A DNA stretch of 62,887 nucleotides from Blastocatellia bacterium (lineage in GTDB: Bacteria > Acidobacteriota > Blastocatellia > RBC074), in the NCBI GenBank assembly GCA_035429885.1, contig DAOMFR010000022.1, positions 1 through 62,887 on the forward strand, given 5' to 3'. Both the position numbers and the translations under genes were made by a program. Of this stretch, positions 19,788-29,954 are shown piece after piece. The notes below the pieces were generated by a model. The model worked only from the letters and a program-made list of their open reading frames with translations. It did no database searches and was not told the DNA's origin. How positions within the stretch are numbered: the first letter of the stretch is position 1; every line of letters starts with the position of its first letter.

Positions 19788-20720
19788 ATGGAAATGACTC
19801 AGTTAAGGACTTTTCGCGCTGTCGCGGAAACACTGAACTTCACACGTGCGGCTGAGCGCTTACACTTAACTCAGTCGGCAGTCAGCCATCAAATCAAGGC
19901 ACTGGAAGAAGAGTTGGGCGAGCCGCTTTTTATTCGCGCCAAACGTGGTGTCAAACTTTCACAGGCTGGGAAAATTGCGCTTGAATACGTTGGCCGAATT
20001 CTGGATGACGCTGAAGCCTTGCGCGAAAGCATCTCTGGCCGTGAGCGAACGCCTGTCGGGCGAGTTCGAGTGGCAGCAGCAACTCAAGCCTTTGTTCACT
20101 TGTTCGTCCCTTTATTTGAGTCTTTCATGGATTCTCACCCTGGAGTTGATCTTTCCTTCCGAACTACGGTTAGCACCGAACACACTGTTGCCGATATTTT
20201 GAACGGTGCGGCAGATGTTGGTTTTGCGTCGTTAGCGGTTTATTCGCCCAACCTGCAAGTGACCAAATTATTTGAAGACGAATTGAAACTGGTCGTTAGC
20301 ACGGAACATGCGCTGGCCAAAAAGCGTGCGATTACTGTGACTGAGATTCAAAAAGAGAAATTGATTTTGTTCGAACGCGGCGCTTCGATCCGACGTGCAA
20401 CAGATCAGTTTTTTGATCAAATCGGTGTTCGACCTGACCTGGCCTTGGAATCGAACGACACTTTTTTTATCAAACGAATGGTCGAACGCGGATTGGGCGT
20501 ATCGCTGTTACCGACCTGGTCGGTTCGGGACGAAGTGAAGGCCGGAAAGCTGGCGCAACTACAAATTACGGGCCACCGTTTACGACGCTCGGTTGCATTG
20601 GTCTCTTTGGGGCGGTTTCAGCCGTCACCCACAAGAGCCTTCATCGCGTACATATTGCGAAACAAAACAAAAATTCAAGACATGGCAGGTGGCGGCAAGA
20701 CAGAATCTGATCCTGACTAG
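19788..20720 (+). CDS. LysR-family transcriptional regulator
   Basis: N-terminal wHTH FRAVAETLNFTRAAERLHLTQSAVSHQIKALEEELG followed by a LysR substrate-binding-type C-terminal region. Confidence 0.9.
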   Translation: MEMTQLRTFRAVAETLNFTRAAERLHLTQSAVSHQIKALEEELGEPLFIRAKRGVKLSQAGKIALEYVGRILDDAEALRESISGRERTPVGRVRVAAATQAFVHLFVPLFESFMDSHPGVDLSFRTTVSTEHTVADILNGAADVGFASLAVYSPNLQVTKLFEDELKLVVSTEHALAKKRAITVTEIQKEKLILFERGASIRRATDQFFDQIGVRPDLALESNDTFFIKRMVERGLGVSLLPTWSVRDEVKAGKLAQLQITGHRLRRSVALVSLGRFQPSPTRAFIAYILRNKTKIQDMAGGGKTESDPD

Positions 20721-20767
20721 ACGCTTCAGCAGTCAACGTCTATGATTTGCGCCGCTGTTCACCCATC

Positions 20768-20796
20768 ACGCCCGCCTGTTCGCGGGCGTCTTTATT
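20768..20796 (+). terminator. Intrinsic terminator after the LysR gene
   Basis: ACGCCCGC / GCGGGCGT form an 8-bp stem with a 6-nt loop, followed by CTTTATT. Confidence 0.5.
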
Positions 20797-20810
20797 CGTG
20801 AGGAGAGTCT

Positions 20811-22001
20811 GTGATTCCCGAACTGCGCAAAAAATTTAACGCCAGCTTCACGCCGGAAAAGTATCAACGCCTGCTACAGTTATTGGATCAAGCAGTCGGC
20901 ACTAAGATCGAGTTTCGGCCATGTGAAACTCCCGTTTTCCTCCCCAAGGATTTGCTGATTGAAATGGAGTTGGCTGGCAAAGAATTGATTGCGCAATTAT
21001 GCAGGCCTGATTATCTGGCAGCTTCTTCGCGAGCCGTTCCAGCCGAGTTTAACGCGCCAAACGAAGGCGCTCACCCTCATTTCATTCAGGTGGATTTCGC
21101 CCTCACCCATGATGCTGACGGACGTTTATCACCCAAGCTGATTGAACTGCAGGGATGCGCTTCGTTGTATGCCTTTCAACACTTGCTGCCTCACGAATAT
21201 CGGCGCGTTTATGATTTGGGAAAGCTGGACTATTTGCTCGGCGGATTGACTGATGAGAGTTATTTAGAGCTGCTGCGGCAAGTGCTTCTCAATGGTCATA
21301 AACCCGAACACGTTGTGTTGATGGAAATTGACCCGCTTCATCAAAAAACATTGCCGGATTTCATGGCGACAGAAAAGCTATTCGGCATTCCTTTCATAGA
21401 TGTTTCTGACATTATTAAACGTGGCAACAAGCTTTTTTACCCGTCAAACGGACGCGAAGTTGAAATTCGCCGCATCTATAACCGGGTAATCATTGACGAG
21501 TTCGTGCGCAGAAAGATCAAAACTCGCTTTGATTTCAGAGACGAATTGGATGTTGAATGGACTGGCCATCCCAACTGGTATTTTCGTATGAGCAAATTTT
21601 CGTTACCGTTCTTAAACCATCCAACGGTGCCTCGCGCATGGTTTCTGAATCAGTTAGACAGCGTTCCCGATGATTTGGAAAATTTCGTGCTCAAACCTTT
21701 GTTTTCGTTTGCGGGCAGTGGAGTCAAGGTCAACATTACAACCGAAGACTTAGAAGCAGTTCCAGTTGATGAACGCGGAGATTTTCTATTGCAGGAAAAA
21801 GTCGCTTATGCGCCAGTGATTGAAACTCCCGACGAGCCCAGCAAGGTTGAAGTCCGAGTCATGTTTATCTGGCCAGATGCTGCGGCAGAACCAATTGCGG
21901 CAACGACGCTCACGCGGTTAAGCAAAGGCGTGATGATGGGCGTTGACTTCAATAAAAACAAAAGCTGGGTAGGCTCTTCCTGTTCCTTTTTCGAAGCGTA
22001 A
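20811..22001 (+). CDS. Conserved hypothetical protein, possibly ATP-grasp-like
   Basis: 396-aa ORF with a GTG start, 4 nt upstream of ruvX. The ATP-grasp resemblance is weak (KLIELQG, VLKPLFSFAGSGVKV) and the function is not established. Confidence 0.6.
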   Translation: MIPELRKKFNASFTPEKYQRLLQLLDQAVGTKIEFRPCETPVFLPKDLLIEMELAGKELIAQLCRPDYLAASSRAVPAEFNAPNEGAHPHFIQVDFALTHDADGRLSPKLIELQGCASLYAFQHLLPHEYRRVYDLGKLDYLLGGLTDESYLELLRQVLLNGHKPEHVVLMEIDPLHQKTLPDFMATEKLFGIPFIDVSDIIKRGNKLFYPSNGREVEIRRIYNRVIIDEFVRRKIKTRFDFRDELDVEWTGHPNWYFRMSKFSLPFLNHPTVPRAWFLNQLDSVPDDLENFVLKPLFSFAGSGVKVNITTEDLEAVPVDERGDFLLQEKVAYAPVIETPDEPSKVEVRVMFIWPDAAAEPIAATTLTRLSKGVMMGVDFNKNKSWVGSSCSFFEA

Positions 22002-22005
22002 GACC

Positions 22006-22440
22006 ATGCGAGTGATGGCGATTGATTACGGAGCCAAGTCTATAGGCTTGGCAATTAGCGACGAATTGCAACTCAGCGTTCGCCCGCTGAGCACGCTTCG
22101 TCCACCGGAAATAATCCGAGCGCCGGAACGCATCGGCCAACTGGTCGAAGATTATGAAATCGGAACGCTGGTTGTCGGATTGCCACTAAACATGGATGGC
22201 TCTCGCGGCGCAGCAGTAGAACACGTAGAAAAATTCGTTGCTCAATTGCAGTCACAGGTTTCAATTCCAATTGAGATGATTGACGAACGGCTGACTTCCT
22301 ACGAAGCAGATCAAATTCTGCGCGAGATGGGCGTTAGCCTGAAAGAGCGAAAAGCCAAATCGGACGAGTATGCAGCAGTTCTGATCTTGCAAGACTATCT
22401 GGACGGATTGGCGAGTCGCAAAAACCTTCAAACGACTTAA
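22006..22440 (+). CDS. ruvX: Holliday junction resolvase-like / pre-16S rRNA nuclease YqgF
   Basis: MRVMAIDYGAKSIGLAISD ... VGLPLNMDGS. 144 aa. Confidence 0.9.
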   Translation: MRVMAIDYGAKSIGLAISDELQLSVRPLSTLRPPEIIRAPERIGQLVEDYEIGTLVVGLPLNMDGSRGAAVEHVEKFVAQLQSQVSIPIEMIDERLTSYEADQILREMGVSLKERKAKSDEYAAVLILQDYLDGLASRKNLQTT

Positions 22441-22463
22441 CGTCTGTTTTCAATAAATCGTAC

Positions 22464-23522
22464 ATGCAAAGAAAGAAACTTTATCTGGTTATTGTCGCAA
22501 TAGTCATTTTGGCGATTGCAGCTGTCGGCGGCGGATGGGTTTGGTTAAAAAGCGAGATGGGGCGGGCAATCAATCACACCGCAGCGCAAAAAACGATCAC
22601 GATCGAATCCGGAACGAGCACTTCAACCATCGTCGCACGGCTGCATACCGAAGGGATCTTGCCAGACACATTTCCGGTCAAACTATGGCTGCGGCTGTTC
22701 GAGCGTGGAGTGAATTTGAAATCCGGCGACTATCGTTTCAAATCCCCAATTTCTCCGCTTCAAGTCCTCAATCAATTGATCAAGGGCGAAATCGCCATGC
22801 GGCAGGTCACAATTCCCGAAGGCTTTAATCAGTATGATATTGCTCGTGTTTTGTCCGGGCTGCAGGGATTGAAGCAATCTGCGATGAGCCAGGAAAGCAT
22901 TTTGGAATTGCTCAAAGATGTTGCGCTGATTTCTGACCTTGATCCTGATGCCACAACGCTTGAAGGTTATCTTTTCCCTGATACCTACGAATATTCTGCC
23001 AGCACTACGCGAGAACAATTAGTCGAAGCAATGGTCAAACGCTTCCGCCGGGTTTACACCCCAGAAATGCAACAGCGCGCAGCGGAATTGGGAATGACCA
23101 CTCGACAAGTGGTCGCGATGGCATCCCTGATTGAAAAAGAAGCGAAAGTCGACAGCGAGCGCGAAATGATTTCGTCGGTTTTTCATCGCCGATGGAAAAC
23201 CGGAGTTCCTTTGGCCTGTGACCCGACGGTGATTTACGCGGCGCTGGTCGAAGGAAAATATCGCGGCAAGATTTATCAAAGCGATTTGGATCGGGATTCG
23301 GCCTACAACACATACAAGCACGCGGGATTACCGCCAGGGCCGATTGCCTCGCCGGGCCAACGCTCATTGCAGGCAGCGCTGAATCCTGCGCAAACCGATT
23401 ACTTATTCTTTGTTGTGGATGCGATCAAAAAGGACGGTTCTCATCATTTCTCTGCAAGTTCCGCGGAGCATGAAAATGCTGTCAGACTGTTGCGCCAGGC
23501 TGAACGCAACAGCAGCAGGTAA
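22464..23522 (+). CDS. mltG: Endolytic peptidoglycan transglycosylase (YceG family)
   Basis: N-terminal TM segment, LASLIEKEA, and YNTYKHAGLPPGPIASPG. It sits in the conserved ruvX-mltG gene order. Confidence 0.9.
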   Translation: MQRKKLYLVIVAIVILAIAAVGGGWVWLKSEMGRAINHTAAQKTITIESGTSTSTIVARLHTEGILPDTFPVKLWLRLFERGVNLKSGDYRFKSPISPLQVLNQLIKGEIAMRQVTIPEGFNQYDIARVLSGLQGLKQSAMSQESILELLKDVALISDLDPDATTLEGYLFPDTYEYSASTTREQLVEAMVKRFRRVYTPEMQQRAAELGMTTRQVVAMASLIEKEAKVDSEREMISSVFHRRWKTGVPLACDPTVIYAALVEGKYRGKIYQSDLDRDSAYNTYKHAGLPPGPIASPGQRSLQAALNPAQTDYLFFVVDAIKKDGSHHFSASSAEHENAVRLLRQAERNSSR

Positions 23523-23536
23523 CATCTGAAAATCGC

Positions 23537-25636
23537 TCAGGATTTTCCAGACAATGATTCGAGTATCAAGTTTTGCCAGCCATCAACCTCTCCGCGCCAA
23601 CCGGTCGGAATCAAAGTCGTTGAACCGTATTCAATGACAATCGCCGGAGCAGAAATGGTTGCACCGGGCAGCAGTTCTGTCCGATCAAACACACTGACTT
23701 TTCGCCGTTTGTCACCAAGCCAAACCAATGTGTCGCGGCTCGGCTTGGCTTTGTGGCGGCGAAACGTTTTTTCGCGTTGAAGCTGTGGTTTGTCGGTCAG
23801 GCCAGCGGCTCGCAAGCGGACGCTGACAATTTCGATGGCTTTATGTTCGTTGGCGTGGCCGTATCGTTCGCGATGGGCTTGGTGAAACCTCGCCACGGCA
23901 TCAGTGTCGTCGTTTTCACTGATTCCAATTTCAAGTTCAAAGGATTGGCCGCGATACCGCATAGCCAGCAGACGCGTCAGTTTGGTTTGCTCTGGCGCGA
24001 AACCTTCAGCGCGCAGATCGTTTCGAGCTTGCTTTTCCATCGAGGCGAATTCGCGTTCTATACGGCGCGGTAATTCGGATTTGCTACTTGATTCGATGGT
24101 CAGCATCACTGTCCGTGAATAATCTTTGACCACGTCAGCCAACAGAACTCCCAGAGCAGAAAAGGCTCCGGGAAAAGTCGGGATCAGCACTCGCGGGATT
24201 CTGAGCGCGCTGGCCAGCGACGCCGCGTGCAATCCGCCAGCACCGCCGAAACTAACCAGCGAAAACATCCTGGGATCGTGGCCGCGTTCGACCGAAACTA
24301 AGCGCAACGCTTGCTCCATGTTGGCATTGGCGATGCGAATGACGCCGAGCGCCGCTTGTTCGCGCGTAACCAGATGGGACGAAGCGCGCGACATCTCATC
24401 CGCCAGACGATCCAGCACGACCGCTGCTCGAAATTCATCCAAAGCCATTTCACCTGCCAGCAATCCTGCTCCGGCAAATCTGCCTAAAACCAAGTTGGCG
24501 TCGGTGACGGTGGGCTGAGTTCCGAACCCATAACACGCGGGACCGGGATCGGCGCCTGCGGATTCAGGGCCGACTCGCAATGCGCCGCCTTCATCCACAT
24601 AAGCAATCGAGCCTCCGCCAGCGCCCACAGTGTGAATATCCAAAACTGGAACGGCGACGGGCAAGCCAGTGATTTGAGCTTCATTGGTTGTGCGAGCTTC
24701 AGTCCGACACAGGGCCACGTCGGTTGAGGTGCCTCCCATATCAAAGGTGATGACATCACTGAAACCAGCCAAATCAGCCATTCGCATGGCCGCGACAACT
24801 CCACCAGCCGGCCCAGAAAGAATCGTGCGAACCGGTTCGTGCGCAGCGACTTCGGCGGAAATTGAACCGCCGGAAGATTGCATAATTCGCAAACGAGTTT
24901 CACTCTGATGCTTCAGTTTGCGAAAAAGTCCTTCGGTCAGTTCGCCAAGGTAGTGGCTGACACGCGGCGCAAGATAGGCATTGATGACAACTGTCGAAGT
25001 GCGTTCGAACTCTCTATATTCCGGCAGAATTTTGTGAGAAACCGATACAGGCATCCCAAGTGGTTTCAGTACGTCGGCAATTCGTTTTTCGTGGTCAGGG
25101 TTGGAAAAGGAAAACAGCAGCGAAATCGCGACGGATTCGATTTCGGCGCGCTTCAACTTTTTGACCAGAGCGGTAAGTTCGCGCACGGTCAACGGCTCGA
25201 TGACGCTGGCATCCGCACCGATCCGCTCTTTGACTCCGAACCGTAATTCGCTGGGAACTAACGGCGCAGGTCGTTTCACTGCCAAATTGTACAGATCCGG
25301 CCGAGCCTGGCGCCCAATTTCGATGACATCTTCAAATCCTGCAGTGGTGATAAGCGCTGTTCGCGCACCTTTGCGTTCAAGCAGCGCGTTGGTGGCGACG
25401 GTTGTGCCGTGAACAATTTCCACCTCGGCTTCGGTTAAATCTGCAAACTCTTCATTCAGAAGCGATAATGCCTCGTCGAGCCCTGTCAAAATGGCTTGTG
25501 CAGGAGCTTGCGGAGTTGAGGGCACTTTGAATGAAAGCTGGCGATTTTTGAAAACGACGATGAAGTCTGTGAAGGTCCCCCCAGTATCCACTCCAATGCG
25601 AAGCTGACTGCCCAATAACTTTCTCTTTTTGGTCAT
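23537..25636 (-). CDS. Hydantoinase/oxoprolinase family protein (HyuA-type)
   Basis: N-terminal GVDTGGTFTDF, an internal DMGGTSTD actin-fold ATPase motif, and a length of 699 aa. Confidence 0.88.
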   Translation of the reverse strand: MTKKRKLLGSQLRIGVDTGGTFTDFIVVFKNRQLSFKVPSTPQAPAQAILTGLDEALSLLNEEFADLTEAEVEIVHGTTVATNALLERKGARTALITTAGFEDVIEIGRQARPDLYNLAVKRPAPLVPSELRFGVKERIGADASVIEPLTVRELTALVKKLKRAEIESVAISLLFSFSNPDHEKRIADVLKPLGMPVSVSHKILPEYREFERTSTVVINAYLAPRVSHYLGELTEGLFRKLKHQSETRLRIMQSSGGSISAEVAAHEPVRTILSGPAGGVVAAMRMADLAGFSDVITFDMGGTSTDVALCRTEARTTNEAQITGLPVAVPVLDIHTVGAGGGSIAYVDEGGALRVGPESAGADPGPACYGFGTQPTVTDANLVLGRFAGAGLLAGEMALDEFRAAVVLDRLADEMSRASSHLVTREQAALGVIRIANANMEQALRLVSVERGHDPRMFSLVSFGGAGGLHAASLASALRIPRVLIPTFPGAFSALGVLLADVVKDYSRTVMLTIESSSKSELPRRIEREFASMEKQARNDLRAEGFAPEQTKLTRLLAMRYRGQSFELEIGISENDDTDAVARFHQAHRERYGHANEHKAIEIVSVRLRAAGLTDKPQLQREKTFRRHKAKPSRDTLVWLGDKRRKVSVFDRTELLPGATISAPAIVIEYGSTTLIPTGWRGEVDGWQNLILESLSGKS

Positions 25637-25982
25637 TTCTCGATATTTTTAGGGCAATTGGGCGTGAGCATTCCCAATTGTGGTCAAATCTGTCTGGGGC
25701 ATTACCAAGATCAATTGGAAAAATAATGAAACCCCAGCCAGATGTTGGCGTTAAGCAGGCTTGAGTTTGCAACGATGCGCCCGGTGCGAAAGTTAAACTC
25801 ACTGGGAAATTTTCGACGGGCGCATCAAATTTTGAAATTTCATTTCCCGGCAAGGCTAATAAATTTCCGCAAAAGCTAACTCAGGTTCTGGTTGAATGCG
25901 ATCCGACCTCACTTCACAGTTTCGACGCAATCAACTTTCAATACATCACCTAAGCGTTCCGAGACGCGTTCCACATTGCGAG

Positions 25983-26582
25983 ATGAACGGTAAATTTGCA
26001 AGCAAGTTGCTGCTGTTAGCCTGTCTGACTGGATCATCAGAGTTGGGCGCAGGAATTCGTCCGCAAGTCGTTGAGCAAGCCAAGTCCCCAGTTGTATTCA
26101 TGACTGCTCCAAAGCTGATTGGGGCGAACCTGAAATTTGCAGACGGCTCCAGTTCCATTGTGCGCGGGCGAGCGACATTGACCGCAGTTAAAGCTAATGA
26201 AGATGATTCTTTAACTGGAACTTTGGTTTATCTTTTGCCTGATGAGGCGAGACAAAAACTGGCGCAAGCATCCAAGCGTAATTTGGCCGAGATTCCCCAA
26301 AACATCACGCAAAAAGATTTGACGGTGAATTTCGAGCGCGGTACTGCTTGTCCTTTAGTCAGATTGCAGGTCCCTGTAAAGGAAACTACGATTGGCAATG
26401 TCACGCTGCATTTTGATCATGTGATGTTGGATATTCACGAAACGCCGGACCAGATCAATCAGCTTTTTTGCAATTGGACGCGACAGATAAACGCCAAGCG
26501 GCAACGGTTAGGCATTATTGCCGCTATCAATCGGTTGATTACGCCTGAAGAAGATGTTGAAAATAAAACAGCGAAACCGTAA
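25983..26582 (+). CDS. Secreted protein of unknown function, paralog A
   Basis: The internal ATG at 25983 gives a Sec signal (KFASKLLLLACLTGSS). The protein is collinear with the next gene (TAPKL, GTLVY-x-PD-ARQK, IP-NIT, GIIA). Confidence 0.65.
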   Translation: MNGKFASKLLLLACLTGSSELGAGIRPQVVEQAKSPVVFMTAPKLIGANLKFADGSSSIVRGRATLTAVKANEDDSLTGTLVYLLPDEARQKLAQASKRNLAEIPQNITQKDLTVNFERGTACPLVRLQVPVKETTIGNVTLHFDHVMLDIHETPDQINQLFCNWTRQINAKRQRLGIIAAINRLITPEEDVENKTAKP

Positions 26583-26727
26583 GCTGTCGGCTCTTGTAGC
26601 CCAAAGTTGCCCTTTACTCACAATCATTCCGAACCCAAATCCTCTGATCACATTTTGCTTTTGATCTTACTGGATTGGGTACCCCCCTTGAATCTCAAAC
26701 ACGTTTTGGAGGTAGAAACATAAATTT

Positions 26728-27321
26728 ATGAACACCAATTTTTCGAAAGCTATCTTTGCCTTTGTCTGCTTGCTTGGATTGAGCGCCATTGCCAATGCGC
26801 AAACGGCTCCACAATTCACGCCCAAAAAAGTCGTTTTCACGACCGCGCCCAAGCTGGTGATTGCCAAACTGAAAAGCGGCGAGGCGGATGTTTATGACGT
26901 TCGCGGCAAAGTTTCTTTCACTGTAGTGGCGGCCAACTCCGATGACACTGTTGCCGGCACTCTCGTTTATGCGATTCCGGATGATGCTCGCCAAAAAATC
27001 GCTTCCATGTCTGGCAAAGCAGTCAGCGCCATCCCGGCCAATATCACTCGAAACGATATTATTGCGTCCTTCCAGAAAGCCACTGCGCCTCCGATTTTGC
27101 ATTTGGAAATTAACGCCATGGATATAGATGTCGCTGGCGTCAAGATGCGATTTAGCCGCATCGTGCTGGACATCAATGCCAGAGAAAGCAATCCGCCGGA
27201 TTACTCGGTTCAAGAGATGGAAGCGTTGTTCACTGTTTGGGCCAAACAAATCATCAATGGCCGTTCACGTCGGGGCATCATTGCCAGATTCAACAAAGTC
27301 GTTAACGGCGAGCCGGAATAA
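26728..27321 (+). CDS. Secreted protein of unknown function, paralog B
   Basis: Sec signal MNTNFSKAIFAFVCLLGLSAIANAQ. GGAGG lies upstream. It is roughly one-third identical to paralog A by eye. Confidence 0.7.
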   Translation: MNTNFSKAIFAFVCLLGLSAIANAQTAPQFTPKKVVFTTAPKLVIAKLKSGEADVYDVRGKVSFTVVAANSDDTVAGTLVYAIPDDARQKIASMSGKAVSAIPANITRNDIIASFQKATAPPILHLEINAMDIDVAGVKMRFSRIVLDINARESNPPDYSVQEMEALFTVWAKQIINGRSRRGIIARFNKVVNGEPE

Positions 27322-27517
27322 TTTCCGCGTTTTCCAAACTCATCTGTTGCTGCACATAACCGAATCATGACCATCTTGATTGAGTTTGCGGCTAAAGCTG
27401 AGTAATCTGGTCGTGGGATCGGGCAGTTGGCAGCGTTCTGTTAGCTTGTAATAAAAAGCTGATTGATAGGTCCGCGAAAGCGGGCTGAACGTTATGCCAA
27501 CTGCCGAACTGTTTTTT

Positions 27518-28654
27518 ATGCTGACTCGGATTCGCAATTTACTCCTGCTTGCCAGTGCCTTCGCGGTGATGGGGCATTTCGTGTTCGGCCAGTGTCAGCG
27601 GGCTTCTGCACAGGTTCACCAAAGCCAGCAGCGGTTCTCGATTAATGGATCGATTGAAAACAATGACGGGAAGTTACGGTTGGTGTTGACCAACAATTCG
27701 CCTGAAGATTTTTACGGAGTCGCCAGAATCAGCCTAGGCAACAACGACGAGCAAAAAGAAGTTGGAGAAGTTTCAATCAGGCTTCCGAAGAAAGACTTAA
27801 GCTTGCTCCAAATCAATGGAGTCACTCCTACGGGCGACCATTACACATTGGCAATTTACGATCAATCCGGAGGGCGGCTGTTTTTTAGAATTGCCCCGCT
27901 TCGCCAAATATCTGATTCGACTCCGGCTGTTGCGGTCACCATCACGCCCGTGCTGCAAGAACATCACAAAGCCGGCTCATCCACTTCGCTGGCAGCTAAC
28001 ATTTCTAAGCCAAATCCTGCAGATGAATTTGCCGTCGCAGCTACCCAGGTGCAAGTAAAGACTCGGCTACTGGCCAGCGAAGATGGCGGAGATTCGTTCA
28101 CACTTTTTTTTGAGCTTCGTTCGCAGAAACCCATTAACACCGCGATACTGGAAATTGCCGCTGCCAAATTGAAAGACCAGAAAAAGATCAGCATCAATTT
28201 GCAATCGAACGTGAATTTTAGGTTGCCGGATTCTCTGGAAACCGACAAAGTTAATTACACGCTGACTGACAAAGAAGGCCGAATTCTGGCGAAAGGCGAA
28301 TTGAACCTGCAAAAACTGATGGATGATGATTCCGTTACAGTAAGCGACATTCGAACAGATCGGCCTTTGTACCAGTCTGGCGAGACTGTTCGAATGACAG
28401 CGTTACTAGATGGAAAATCTCAGAGCGGTTATCGGGTTGAGGTTTCCGTCAGAGATGGACAAAGCCAAATTATCTTTCGCGATCAAAAAGTGATTGGCAA
28501 AGATGAAAGTTTCAATTCAATAGATTTTTCCTTTAACCTCCCCAATAGCGTTCCAACACCTGTAGTATTTGAGTTTCGAATTTTTGATGCTGAGACCGGA
28601 TTGCTCTTCGATTCAGGTGAGCGTGAAATTCCGATGGCTCCCGCAAAGCCCTAA
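27518..28654 (+). CDS. Secreted protein with C-terminal alpha-2-macroglobulin MG-like (Ig-fold) segment
   Basis: Signal anchor LTRIRNLLLLASAFAVMG. The C-terminal TDRPLYQSGETVRMTALLDG resembles the MG-domain signature. The rest is unassigned. Confidence 0.55.
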   Translation: MLTRIRNLLLLASAFAVMGHFVFGQCQRASAQVHQSQQRFSINGSIENNDGKLRLVLTNNSPEDFYGVARISLGNNDEQKEVGEVSIRLPKKDLSLLQINGVTPTGDHYTLAIYDQSGGRLFFRIAPLRQISDSTPAVAVTITPVLQEHHKAGSSTSLAANISKPNPADEFAVAATQVQVKTRLLASEDGGDSFTLFFELRSQKPINTAILEIAAAKLKDQKKISINLQSNVNFRLPDSLETDKVNYTLTDKEGRILAKGELNLQKLMDDDSVTVSDIRTDRPLYQSGETVRMTALLDGKSQSGYRVEVSVRDGQSQIIFRDQKVIGKDESFNSIDFSFNLPNSVPTPVVFEFRIFDAETGLLFDSGEREIPMAPAKP

Positions 28655-28870
28655 ATTCAACATTGTAAAAACTTTCGTTGAATTGGCCGGGAGATTGCGT
28701 GGAAGTAGCCCCCTGAGTACAATGCCGACCGAGTCGTCCCCGCGCCAACTATCAACCTGTTTCAGATACCTGCTAACAAGACAGTGATTGGTTTAGCAAT
28801 TCTGAAGCGCAGTCTTTTTCTAAATCTAGTCCACTTCCCGCATTCTGTGGGAATTTCGAAGGGGGTTACG

Positions 28871-29926
28871 ATGTCCAGGAACTCTTATTTGCGCCCGGCA
28901 GTTCTTGCGCTCTCCTTCATGCTGATGTTTCTCGCGCTGGCTTCGGCCCAGCAGCAAATTACACAGCAGCAAGGCAGTGAAAATAAACAAGGCCAGGAAG
29001 CTAAATCTTCGTCTCAACAATCACAAACTCAACAGCCTCCGCAGCGTCCCACCCTTCAACCGGCTGATGGGACTCAAAAGCCAACAACTGACGTTGTCAA
29101 CACTGAGCTTGTGTCGCTGACCATTACGGTGACTGATCCATATAATCGTCTAGTCACCGGTCTGGATAAGCAACACTTTGAAATTTTCGAAGACAAGGTC
29201 AAACAGGAAATCACGCACTTTAGCGACGACGACGTGCCGGTTAGTTTGGGGATCGTTTTTGACGTTTCCGGCAGCATGAAAGGAAAACTTGAGCGAGCCC
29301 GCGACGCCCTGAAGGCTTTCATTCAGACCAGCCATAACGACGACGATTTCTTTTTGGTTGGCTTCAATCAACGGGCAAATTTACTGGCGGAGTTTACGGA
29401 TGGCGACACGCTGTCAAACAAACTTCATCTGGTGGACCCCAAAGGGCAAACTGCCGTTTATGATGCGGTGTATCTCGGCATCGAAAAGGTCAAACAGGGT
29501 CACCATGACAAGCGTGCGTTGTTATTGATCTCCGATGGCCAAGACAATTCCTCGCGTTATACTTATGGCGAGCTTCGCAAACTGCTGAAGGAAGCAGGCG
29601 TTCAAATCTATTGCATCGGAATCGTGGAAATGGGTGGAGGATCCGGAGGCGCTCTCGATATGCAAGGACAAGGGATTTTGGAAGAGATCGCTCAAGTCAC
29701 GGGCGGCAAAGCTTTCTTCCCACGGACTGCGGCTGAACTAGAAGACCAAACGACTCGTATTGCATTGGAGCTTCGCCATCAATACAGCATCGGATATATG
29801 CCGACGAACATCAAAAAAGATGGTCAGTGGCACAAAATCAAAGTTAATGTGAAACAGCCCAGAGGTTTACCGACTTTGAAGGTGCAGCACAAGGAAGGCT
29901 ATTACGCGGTTGCATCTCAAAAGTAG
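28871..29926 (+). CDS. VWA domain-containing protein (Acidobacterial VWFA-related type)
   Basis: Sec signal, a Q-rich linker, the N-terminal module VSLTITVTD ... FEIFEDKVKQEI, and the MIDAS motif FDVSGSM. The preferred ATG at 28871 follows GAAGGGGG. Confidence 0.85.
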   Translation: MSRNSYLRPAVLALSFMLMFLALASAQQQITQQQGSENKQGQEAKSSSQQSQTQQPPQRPTLQPADGTQKPTTDVVNTELVSLTITVTDPYNRLVTGLDKQHFEIFEDKVKQEITHFSDDDVPVSLGIVFDVSGSMKGKLERARDALKAFIQTSHNDDDFFLVGFNQRANLLAEFTDGDTLSNKLHLVDPKGQTAVYDAVYLGIEKVKQGHHDKRALLLISDGQDNSSRYTYGELRKLLKEAGVQIYCIGIVEMGGGSGGALDMQGQGILEEIAQVTGGKAFFPRTAAELEDQTTRIALELRHQYSIGYMPTNIKKDGQWHKIKVNVKQPRGLPTLKVQHKEGYYAVASQK

Positions 29927-29954
29927 CAGTGGCTGCCAAGGATGGTTTGAAAAA

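Noticed and set aside
23537-25636. HyuA-type hydantoinase without an adjacent HyuB partner.
   Set aside because: Stand-alone HyuA-family genes are common. The absence of a partner in a 63-kb window is not evidence of anything unusual.
26695-27249. 184-aa minus-strand ORF.
   Set aside because: It is antisense to secreted paralog B. The plus-strand frame is supported by a signal peptide, an SD and paralogy to the neighbouring gene.
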